From the IMG/VR virus record IMGVR_UViG_3300020413_000079, positions 1 to 24,691 of that record: DNA of 24,691 nt. One strand, given 5' to 3'. This document shows positions 16,756 to 24,392 of this stretch, in pieces. The translations under genes were made by a program, and so were the position numbers. Positions within the stretch are counted from its first letter, which is position 1; every line of letters begins with the position of its first letter. Below the pieces are notes generated by a model. That model did no database searches and was not told the origin of the DNA. It was given only the letters and a program-made list of their open reading frames with translations. The stretch is from a virus (Duplodnaviria; Caudoviricetes).

Positions 16756-18292
16756 ACTTCTTCATGTCCTTCCAATTAGATCCTATCTCACAGTCAGATG
16801 GTATTATCATCTGTCTGCCATTTACTTCCATAGGATTTTTCATACAGTTTAAAATTTTAGGAACGATCACATCAGCTTTATCTTTAGGGAACTGTCCCAA
16901 TATAGCATCGTGCACTTGTCCAAGTATATCTACTCCGTCTTCTTTCAATTCATTCCAGACTCTATACAAACCTAGATTTAAAAGATCACCTATAGTAGAT
17001 TGTGGCACGTATGCAATTGCCTTCCTCAAAGTAGTGCCGTCTTCTATGCGTCCCCAAAATTGTCTGCGACGACCTAATGGAGTAGTCAACGAGCTGCTTT
17101 CTTTAAGTTCAGCAGCAATAGCATTGTGCCACTTTCGGATTCCAGGGAATGCCCCTTCGATACGAACGAGAGAGGAAGGGCCTGACCCTAGAACCGTGCC
17201 CCCATCAATCAGTTCTTGGAAGCCTCCCTCTCTGTCCTGTTTATGCCATCTTTCTAAAGATGCCAAAGCAATTACTCCTCCGTAGTAAAGTAATTGAAAC
17301 CGTGTTGCATGAGACAATTTAATTTTAAGATGCCTGCCTAAAGATGTAGCTGACAGTCCATAGTTAGTTCCATGCCCTGCTCTTTTACACATATCTCTGT
17401 AACTAAAGTGGCCAATATAAGGACGATCCGCTAACTCTCTATTCTGTGCACGGTCAGATGACCACCCCATATTTGGCCACACCATCTTAACTACTTGTGT
17501 GTGTAAGTCTTCCCCTTCGCAAGCATTTATATATCCTTGATCACCTGCAACATATGCAGTAACCCTTGACTCAGCTTGCTCAAGGTCTGCGTAAAATAAT
17601 ACATTGTCCCCATCTGGTACAAATATTTCGCGCATATCTTTTGTAATATTTTGTAGGTTAGTTCCTGTTCCCCAAGGACTTTCAGAACTTGCCCACCTAC
17701 CTGTCTCAGTTCCTGCTACTTTAAAAGAACAACGCATCCTACCATCTCCATCTCTCTTCGCATTTAAAATATTTAATTGCTTATCTATATCACGTAAAGC
17801 CAAGATGGTTCTACAGAAAGGCCTTGCTCTAGGATACTCTTGTATCAAATGCTCAAGTGCTTCTTTATCTGTTGATACTTTTTGTTTACCTTTAACATAA
17901 GAAATAACTTCGGGCAGACCTAACCACTCATATAAAAAACTTTTTAATTGTGTAGGACTGTTGTGATTAAGATCTCTGTCCCATACTGCATTAGCAAATA
18001 GGTGTAGCATCCGCTCAAGCTTAACACGTGATGAGACAAGGGGGGCTTTGAGTCTACCTACAGTTTTCTCATCAACCTTTAACCCACGCAACATCATGTG
18101 CATAGCTGGCTTAAGCATATCTAATTCAAACTGATATGTCTTTCTATAATCGTGGTCATTTCTACCGAGATCTTTTTCTATCTTAGTCCATATCTCATGT
18201 GTCAATGTGCAATCTAATCCACAGTAAACCCACAAGGTTTGCTCTTTAGACAGTGATGTCTGTGAGATCTCCGTATTCTTTATTATTCGCAT
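16742..18292 (-). CDS. polA: Family A DNA polymerase, polymerase subunit (carries ExoIII only)
   Basis: TETGRWAS, TNLQNI, motif A ADLEQAESRV, motif B RDMCKRAGHGTNYG, TPLGRRR, PQST, motif C QVHDAI; N-terminal YCGLD ExoIII; AGGAGGA RBS before ATG 18292. Confidence 0.93.
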   Translation of the reverse strand: MRIIKNTEISQTSLSKEQTLWVYCGLDCTLTHEIWTKIEKDLGRNDHDYRKTYQFELDMLKPAMHMMLRGLKVDEKTVGRLKAPLVSSRVKLERMLHLFANAVWDRDLNHNSPTQLKSFLYEWLGLPEVISYVKGKQKVSTDKEALEHLIQEYPRARPFCRTILALRDIDKQLNILNAKRDGDGRMRCSFKVAGTETGRWASSESPWGTGTNLQNITKDMREIFVPDGDNVLFYADLEQAESRVTAYVAGDQGYINACEGEDLHTQVVKMVWPNMGWSSDRAQNRELADRPYIGHFSYRDMCKRAGHGTNYGLSATSLGRHLKIKLSHATRFQLLYYGGVIALASLERWHKQDREGGFQELIDGGTVLGSGPSSLVRIEGAFPGIRKWHNAIAAELKESSSLTTPLGRRRQFWGRIEDGTTLRKAIAYVPQSTIGDLLNLGLYRVWNELKEDGVDILGQVHDAILGQFPKDKADVIVPKILNCMKNPMEVNGRQMIIPSDCEIGSNWKDMKKYVNA

Positions 18293-18566
18293 CTTGTTCC
18301 TCCTGTACAGTAGCAATCAATTTATCTATAAACCATTTAGCTTTTTCTAGATCTTGAATTGGTTTGCTCTTGTGTTCGTATCTCCAAATATATTTTAATA
18401 TTGATCCTTGTAAATAAAATTTAAACCCATCACCTTGGCAAGACTTAATCGCATCAATGCAACCAATACCACCTTTGTTGTAATGTGCTGGGAAATTTAC
18501 TGGATCATTCTTTTCTTTTGCTTTCATCTTTCTCGCCAGTTCCTCCATACTTTTTACGTCTGTCAT
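18246..18566 (-). CDS. DUF3310 protein (related to T7 gp1.7 nucleotide kinase)
   Basis: DPVNFPAHY, CIDAI, GSILKYIWRYEHK and QDLEKAKWFI signature. Confidence 0.88.
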   Translation of the reverse strand: MTDVKSMEELARKMKAKEKNDPVNFPAHYNKGGIGCIDAIKSCQGDGFKFYLQGSILKYIWRYEHKSKPIQDLEKAKWFIDKLIATVQEEQDANNKEYGDLTDITV

Positions 18567-18834
18567 TAGCTACCCCCATTATGTAATAAAATTCATCTCT
18601 TGTTTTATCTGGATCTAAGTATGCGTAATCACATACCGCTTCGAAATCTTCTTTGTCATTTATTAACCATTCTTCAGCGTCATCTTTATATCCTCTAAAC
18701 TCTTTATCAAATCCCATGTAACTTATATCCTGTAATGCTTGATCCAATACTGCTCTCCATAATTCAATCTCATTATATACGGTTATATCTTTATCCTGTA
18801 AAGGCTTTGCAGCAAAGTACTGGGGACGTTTCAT
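18505..18834 (-). CDS. Phage hypothetical protein (109 aa)
   Basis: ELWRAVLDQALQD...DAEEWL...DFEAVCDYAYLDP pattern; ATG directly follows the upstream stop codon. Confidence 0.75.
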   Translation of the reverse strand: MKRPQYFAAKPLQDKDITVYNEIELWRAVLDQALQDISYMGFDKEFRGYKDDAEEWLINDKEDFEAVCDYAYLDPDKTRDEFYYIMGVANDRRKKYGGTGEKDESKRKE

Positions 18835-19911
18835 TTATGCCTCGGCCTTCGTGCTCTTTGAAAAATTTGTTAGATTTTTCCATGCTCCCTCGTTCGTATA
18901 AATAGATCCTAAATATCCCAAGCTCTTTTCTAACTCTGGTTGTAGCACATGTTGCGCATGCATAGTGTCATGTACCACTCCCTTTACTTCGATGCCATAC
19001 ATGTGTCGCAACCATGATATGTCATACGTCTGATTCTGTGCAACCTTTGTTATGTTTGGGTTGCTTAATATATCTCCTATCAATTTCCATACAGCTAACT
19101 CTGTATGATAGTCATAAAAATCTTTACCATCTGCTCCTTTAAATGGTATCACCATAGCTTTCTTTGCATGTGGAGCAAACCCAATACAAGTTATTTCTTC
19201 GTTAGCTGTTTCAATATCAAAAGATAAAGGGTTGTAAGATGCATTCACTTTCTCACAGAAAGATAAGAAATGTTTTACTTCTTCATAAGTTGGTTCAATG
19301 CAAAGTTCTCTTTCAATGTAGTCTATGTTTTGTTGATTAGCCGCTTTCTTAAAATCTGAAAGAACAGTAGGCCTAAAAGAATAATTCTTAAGCAATGCAA
19401 CTGGACTGTAGGTTGGCATAACTTTATACTCTTTGTTAATGGTGTCAATAAACGAACCTCGATACGATCCTACTTTATCCAAACCACACAATGCCCAGAA
19501 GGCTACGCTTCCCATCGCTATAATAGTGTTAGGTTTGTACCTATCTATCTCTTCCCATAATCTTTCAATGTCTTGTTCATACTCTTCTTTTAAATATCCG
19601 TACTGAGTGGGGGCAAACTTTGACCTCCATTCAGTTTCCTTTTTAATATTTTTATATTCACTTCTTTTGTAGAAGAAACTCTGCAAGTTATCTTGTGCAG
19701 GTTTTAATTGAATTGCGTGAGTGAGTAATGCGTTGCTAGCATCAATGCCAGCAAACTTAAACATCGGATCTAATACTGATTGTATAGACCCTACATTAAT
19801 CTTACCAAGCCTAGCTTCTGTTGTCGTAGGACAATCCATAATTATGGCAAATGGATTCCCAGACTCTGGAAGCTGAGACTTAATTCTATTATGTACCGCA
19901 AACTCACTCAC
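18835..19911 (-). CDS. Degenerate UDG(family 4)-like domain fused to the N-terminal part of the PolA 3'-5' exonuclease
   Basis: UDG-like segments (AGID...LTHAIQLKP, EIDRYKPNTIIAMGSVA, RGS, PTYSPVALL); ExoI SFDIET; ExoII AQNQTYD; HDTMHAQHVLQPE...SLGYLGSIYT; no ExoIII before the stop. GTG start. Confidence 0.85.
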   Translation of the reverse strand: MSEFAVHNRIKSQLPESGNPFAIIMDCPTTTEARLGKINVGSIQSVLDPMFKFAGIDASNALLTHAIQLKPAQDNLQSFFYKRSEYKNIKKETEWRSKFAPTQYGYLKEEYEQDIERLWEEIDRYKPNTIIAMGSVAFWALCGLDKVGSYRGSFIDTINKEYKVMPTYSPVALLKNYSFRPTVLSDFKKAANQQNIDYIERELCIEPTYEEVKHFLSFCEKVNASYNPLSFDIETANEEITCIGFAPHAKKAMVIPFKGADGKDFYDYHTELAVWKLIGDILSNPNITKVAQNQTYDISWLRHMYGIEVKGVVHDTMHAQHVLQPELEKSLGYLGSIYTNEGAWKNLTNFSKSTKAEA

Positions 19912-19920
19912 TATACAAAC

Positions 19921-20361
19921 CTACCTGTTAATTATTCTTTTAACAGAAGCTTGTAGTATGTCTTTATTCTTGCCAACCATTTCGTGCTTGACTACACCAG
20001 AAAAATTCTGGCCAATAGCTTGCTCTAATAGTTCGCCAAAAGACTGTTCCTCACTCATCTCTAAAGCATCAGTTAAGAAACTCTTGAGTGATAACGCAGG
20101 GTTCTTCTGCTTCATAGCATTGGGCGTTGCCCAGAACTCCATACGTGTTGGCTCTGCGTTAGCAAGATCTGATTCATCTAAGTCAGACTGAATCACACCA
20201 GTTGCTTTCACATTCACCTTTACAAGTGGTGTTTGATTCTCTCCCACTCGATCAGAACGATAGCTAGTAATTGTAAAATCATAACTACCCTCTGGTAAAA
20301 CCACAGTTTGTGGTATCTCTGTTGGTGACATACTTAAGAAGTCACTTACGTCTTGTGTCAT
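19921..20361 (-). CDS. Putative single-stranded DNA-binding protein (DUF669-like)
   Basis: LPEGSYDFTI start, beta-rich acidic 146 aa, directly downstream of the AAA_24 ATPase; AGGAGGT RBS. Confidence 0.7.
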   Translation of the reverse strand: MTQDVSDFLSMSPTEIPQTVVLPEGSYDFTITSYRSDRVGENQTPLVKVNVKATGVIQSDLDESDLANAEPTRMEFWATPNAMKQKNPALSLKSFLTDALEMSEEQSFGELLEQAIGQNFSGVVKHEMVGKNKDILQASVKRIINR

Positions 20362-20373
20362 GGTATATACCTC

Positions 20374-21159
20374 CTATTTAATTGACAACTTCTTCTTTGA
20401 GTTACCTTGAATTGTATCAAATAACTTGACCAAATCTAATTCAGCATTCGGCTCCATAGCATTTAGAGTCGGTACTTTTAGATCCATCTTGTGATCTGAT
20501 ACAGTTCGCAGTGTTCTCTCTGTGCCTTTGCTAGAACTCTTAGTGTCCACTCTACAAACACAGTTAAAGTATCGGCCCAATTTTGTAGATAGCTTTGAAC
20601 CAACACTAGTTGGGTATGATTTGCTTATACCCAAATCTCCTTCCATGTACTGCATGTGTGTAGTAACTACAACATTACATGGAACTTCTGAACCAGTGAT
20701 GTACTGGATAATATACTGCACATCTCGTGCCGCAGTTCCCCACTCTGGTTGAGTAGGTTGCTCAGTTGGTTTCTTGTTATTAAATACAAGTGCCCCTCTG
20801 AGAGCCGCCTCGCCCATGAGTGTCAGACTATCAATAACTAGCACGTCATCTTTAGTCCAAGTCTTCACCGATCCAAAATCTTCATCTCCATCTTTCCAGT
20901 TAGAGATTAAATTAACTCCTTTTCTAAAGGCCTCAGCCTTTCCAATAGAATCTTTTAATGTAACATATGATACCCTCTTAACTGCTTCGGGTGTTAAAAG
21001 ATCGGGCAGTATATCTAACCCATCATCATAATCTAATATTCTTAAATTCTTTCCAGCATTTGCCAGTGCAGCAAGTGCGGCAGTCTTTCCTGACCCACTA
21101 TCACCCACCAATAATAATTTAGTTACATCTGCTGATATATGTTTAGCTATGTTTGCCAT
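20374..21159 (-). CDS. AAA_24 / Sak4-like P-loop ATPase (putative recombinase)
   Basis: LLLVGDSGSGKT Walker A, ILDYDDG, LVIDSLT Walker B, EWG, NVVVTTH; GGAG RBS. Confidence 0.82.
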   Translation of the reverse strand: MANIAKHISADVTKLLLVGDSGSGKTAALAALANAGKNLRILDYDDGLDILPDLLTPEAVKRVSYVTLKDSIGKAEAFRKGVNLISNWKDGDEDFGSVKTWTKDDVLVIDSLTLMGEAALRGALVFNNKKPTEQPTQPEWGTAARDVQYIIQYITGSEVPCNVVVTTHMQYMEGDLGISKSYPTSVGSKLSTKLGRYFNCVCRVDTKSSSKGTERTLRTVSDHKMDLKVPTLNAMEPNAELDLVKLFDTIQGNSKKKLSIK

Positions 21160-21162
21160 GTC

Positions 21163-21606
21163 TTACTCTCCCTTTAAATATTTTAACATTGTCTTCGGAT
21201 CACTTACTTCGTAAGGATCATAATCTGTAGGAACATTGTGCCCCTTTCCTTCTTCTATAAACATCTTCTCAATCACACCATCTTTAAGTATTGCTGAATA
21301 CCTCCATGACCTTTTACCAAAACCTTTGTTACTCTTATCTACTAGCATTAGTATCTCACTAGTAAAATCTCCGTTGCCATCTGGTATTGTCTTCACCTTT
21401 TCAATATTCAAACTATTTGCCCATGCGTCCATAACAAACTTATCATTCACAGATACACAGTATATGTCATCAACATGCTGTAACAATTCATCAGCCATCT
21501 CTTCGTACTCTGGTAAATGTTTAGACGAGCAAGTTGGAGTGAAAGCACCAGGCAATCCAAAAATTGCTACACGTTTGTCTTTAAATAATAAACTATAATT
21601 TTGCAT
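21163..21606 (-). CDS. Peroxiredoxin, Prx5/Redoxin type
   Basis: GLPGAFTPTCSSKHLP peroxidatic motif, CVSVNDKFVMDAW, PDGNGDF, GFGKRSWRYS; AGGAGA RBS. Confidence 0.93.
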   Translation of the reverse strand: MQNYSLLFKDKRVAIFGLPGAFTPTCSSKHLPEYEEMADELLQHVDDIYCVSVNDKFVMDAWANSLNIEKVKTIPDGNGDFTSEILMLVDKSNKGFGKRSWRYSAILKDGVIEKMFIEEGKGHNVPTDYDPYEVSDPKTMLKYLKGE

Positions 21607-21614
21607 GTTATCTC

Positions 21615-22184
21615 CTATTTATAATTAATATTAATTGTAATTCTTTCTTTCGCATATATAGGACATGTAGTTCTATGTAGTACATTGCTATTAAAGAATA
21701 TAGCTCTGTTCGCATAGGTGCCTACATAATCTATACTACCATCGTCTCTCTTAAATTCTATCCCAGTATCAGCACTGTCCGCACACCACACCATGGCAGG
21801 GTGGACCTCGTTCTTCTCAGCCGCCGCAAAATCCCTATGAAAATCATGCTTTGCGTGAGCCTCACTTGCTCTAATATATAAATTACATTTAATCCTACCC
21901 AAATAAGCAGGTTCTAATCTATTAAGTAAAGGCATAATTTCTTCTGGTATAGGTCTAACCATATTAGGTTCTACGAAATAAAGTACATTACAAAAATATC
22001 CATTGGCCTGATCCATCAATGCATCTTTCATATTCCCTTGCAGATTCTCATATCCAAAAGCTGCTTCTGATTGATAGTTCCATTGTAAATTCCTTAAATA
22101 ATTATTAAGCCTCTCTTGAGAGTTAACGTCTAAATAATTATCAACATAATAAATATCATCTGCAACTGTAATTCCTCTTCTCAT
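21615..22184 (-). CDS. 2OG-Fe(II) oxygenase
   Basis: RIKCNL, FHRD (HxD), NRAIFFNS, LHRT, ERITININY; probably leaderless. Confidence 0.82.
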   Translation of the reverse strand: MRRGITVADDIYYVDNYLDVNSQERLNNYLRNLQWNYQSEAAFGYENLQGNMKDALMDQANGYFCNVLYFVEPNMVRPIPEEIMPLLNRLEPAYLGRIKCNLYIRASEAHAKHDFHRDFAAAEKNEVHPAMVWCADSADTGIEFKRDDGSIDYVGTYANRAIFFNSNVLHRTTCPIYAKERITININYK

Positions 22185-22190
22185 ATTCGT

Positions 22191-22219
22191 ATTATATCAA
22201 ATTAAATTTAATCCGTCAA
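22191..22219 (-). promoter_or_regulatory. sigma70-type promoter TTGACG-N17-TATAAT with extended -10; 12-bp palindrome ATTAAATTTAAT in the spacer
   Basis: Minus strand reads TTGACG gattaaatttaatttga TATAAT acgaat ATG. Confidence 0.82.
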
Positions 22220-23217
22220 TCATTTTCTGGTACCCATTCTATTTCTAATTCTGGCTCAAACTCAATAACATTATCGTCATTGCGCAATGATTCATGTACC
22301 TCACGATCAAACAATTCTTCAACAACTTTTTGTCTGTGGTCTGGAGACTCATTACATATCTCTCTATATTTACAGCCACCATAATTTCCACAAGCAGTAA
22401 AGTCTGCAGGATAATAATTTTGATCAGCATATATTTTGGCCATAGATAATTTATGAACCGCATCACCGTACCATTCCTCAATAATAGATGAGGGCACTTT
22501 AAATACTGCACGATTAAATCTACAAAAATTTGCACCAGTTTGTACTGCATCAATAATAAACCCAGCGACATCTAAACCTAAAATATTTTTAGCCGCCCAC
22601 AGGTAAGCATATATCTGATTGTTAGGGGCAAACTGATTAAAGTAATAGTCAGTTAAACTTGCTTTAGTAGTTTTAGTATCAACTAAATACAACTCATTAT
22701 TTAACTCTGCTACTTTATCTATCCTGCCAGAAAATCTTAAACCATCTTGAGTCTGCATACTAATAGGAACTTCAAACCTCTGTTCTAATGCAGGAGTACC
22801 ATCTTGCATTGATGCAATCTTTATAGTATCTTCCCAATATTCTTCTGCTCTCCATACAATAGCACGCAAAGCCGCTTCTAAATTTCTAGCTTTGTCATCA
22901 GACTGTTGCAAGGATTCTCCGTGCTCAACAAGAACTAACTTAATAGCTTCAGCTACTGCTTGATCCTTAGTTCTTCCCATAAAACGAGCCAAGTCTAGTT
23001 GTTCGTAGCCATCATGAACAGCTGATCCAAATCCCGTAGCTGTAGAATATATTTTAGATTTATATCCTAAAAGGTTTTGAAAGTTATAGTAACGGGGGCA
23101 CGAACTAAATGATGAAAGACTAGACGTATCCCATACCATTTGTTTTGCATTGCCGCCATCAAGCCACACATACTTTGGAAACTTTGGTGCCTCTATATAT
23201 CCTATTCCACTATCCAA
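22216..23217 (-). CDS. Cas4/AddB-like PD-(D/E)XK exonuclease with probable 4Fe-4S cluster
   Basis: SSLSSFSSCPR, FGSAVH, EQRF, GRIDKV, VDTKT, QIYAY, C-terminal CGNYGGCKYREIC (1+3 Cys). Probable TTG start at 23217, 7 nt after GGAGGT. Confidence 0.88.
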   Translation of the reverse strand: MDSGIGYIEAPKFPKYVWLDGGNAKQMVWDTSSLSSFSSCPRYYNFQNLLGYKSKIYSTATGFGSAVHDGYEQLDLARFMGRTKDQAVAEAIKLVLVEHGESLQQSDDKARNLEAALRAIVWRAEEYWEDTIKIASMQDGTPALEQRFEVPISMQTQDGLRFSGRIDKVAELNNELYLVDTKTTKASLTDYYFNQFAPNNQIYAYLWAAKNILGLDVAGFIIDAVQTGANFCRFNRAVFKVPSSIIEEWYGDAVHKLSMAKIYADQNYYPADFTACGNYGGCKYREICNESPDHRQKVVEELFDREVHESLRNDDNVIEFEPELEIEWVPEND

Positions 23218-23842
23218 TTCTTTCACCTCCGAACCAACTAACAACAGAATATCTTTTACCTTCTGTAACTGGTTTTACTGTGTGCATTACGCAAGAAGGA
23301 AAGACCAAACAATCTCCTGCTTTTAATGGGACATTTAATTCTTCCGCTATTACACGACCATCTCTGATGTTTAATCTATACATAACAAATTCTCCTCCTT
23401 TAAAATCATCATTAAGTAAATGTACGGTACTTATCTTTCTTATTTTTCCTAGTTTGTATGCATCATCTAGTCTAGAAACGGACATGTTTTTTCCTTCATC
23501 GTCCCACTCATAGGCTTGATCTAAATTACCATCTACATGTGGCACGTAGTGTCCTCCCGCATCGTAAGTCAAATACTGGAAAGGTTCTTGGAAATCTATT
23601 TTATATTTCCAGTTTGCTCTATTATTTGCAACCGAAACCATATGAGCAGTATCAACACTCAACTCATTATCTTGATGTAATACAGATACTTTGACGTTTC
23701 TTCTTGACTCATCAGCTTTGGGTCCATCAGGTGTCATTATTGTAGCTTTCTCTCCTTGACTTGTGTCCATATTTTTGATGATGTATTTTCTTTTAGTTTC
23801 ATCTATCGTGCCACTAAAATGCCAAAACAATTCGTTATACAT
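23210..23842 (-). CDS. 2OG-Fe(II) oxygenase (PKHD-type/prolyl-hydroxylase-like)
   Basis: QYLTY, PHVD (HxD), RKISTV, FKGGEF, GDCLVFPS, MHTVKPVTEGKRYSVVSW; ATG 23842 after GGAGA. Confidence 0.92.
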   Translation of the reverse strand: MYNELFWHFSGTIDETKRKYIIKNMDTSQGEKATIMTPDGPKADESRRNVKVSVLHQDNELSVDTAHMVSVANNRANWKYKIDFQEPFQYLTYDAGGHYVPHVDGNLDQAYEWDDEGKNMSVSRLDDAYKLGKIRKISTVHLLNDDFKGGEFVMYRLNIRDGRVIAEELNVPLKAGDCLVFPSCVMHTVKPVTEGKRYSVVSWFGGERIG

Positions 23843-24392
23843 TGTCTTCTCCAAAATCTAAATTACCTGCCAACACAACTCTTGGTTCGTCTGATTGATT
23901 ACGCATAGTAAAGTGGGGAACCCAACCAGGAAAAAATAGTAAAGACTTGTTTGCAGGATCAGCCTTGCATACTTCAAACTTGGTGTCATAATTTATGTAC
24001 CAGTTTAGTATGCCACAATCTCTGGGGGCATTGACATAGTACACAAATGCAAAACAGTTTTCGTGCTTATGCATAGCAGTAGAACCACCTTTGTAATTAA
24101 CTTGACCCCACACCTCTGAACCAAAGTTAGATTTCATTATCGTAAGTTTCTCCTGAACTGTGCGAACATGTTCGAGTATCTCATCTAAGGTATCTTTAAC
24201 AAATGGTTTATCTGGATCTACTCTTATGTCTTCACTAGTTGGAAGTGAGTAATCGTTAGATACAAATCTACCATCGTTGTTTCGTTTAACTAAATACTCC
24301 ATCAGTTCTTTGTCTCGTTTGCCTTTCAATGTCCAAGAGTGATACCCGTAATTAGGAACCCATGGTTGAAAGCTTCCTTCAATAGTTTTCAT
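23835..24392 (-). CDS. Putative 2OG-Fe(II) oxygenase, HxH type
   Basis: VWGQ, MHKH (HxH), AFVYYV, LLFFPGWVPH, RVVLAGN. Confidence 0.82.
   Translation of the reverse strand: MKTIEGSFQPWVPNYGYHSWTLKGKRDKELMEYLVKRNNDGRFVSNDYSLPTSEDIRVDPDKPFVKDTLDEILEHVRTVQEKLTIMKSNFGSEVWGQVNYKGGSTAMHKHENCFAFVYYVNAPRDCGILNWYINYDTKFEVCKADPANKSLLFFPGWVPHFTMRNQSDEPRVVLAGNLDFGEDNV

Noticed and set aside
18200-18900. Split intein, intron or ribosomal hop joining the two polymerase halves
   Set aside because: No IntN after the exonuclease part and no His-Asn-Cys/Ser junction in the polymerase N-terminus; the gap holds two ordinary genes with no homing endonuclease; the polymerase has its own strong RBS.
22245-22571. 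108-aa alternative-frame ORF within the exonuclease gene
   Set aside because: Fully nested on the same strand with no clear RBS or motif; likely chance.
22216-23217. CRISPR-Cas association of the Cas4-like nuclease
   Set aside because: No repeat-spacer array or other cas genes in the window; the context is a phage recombination module.
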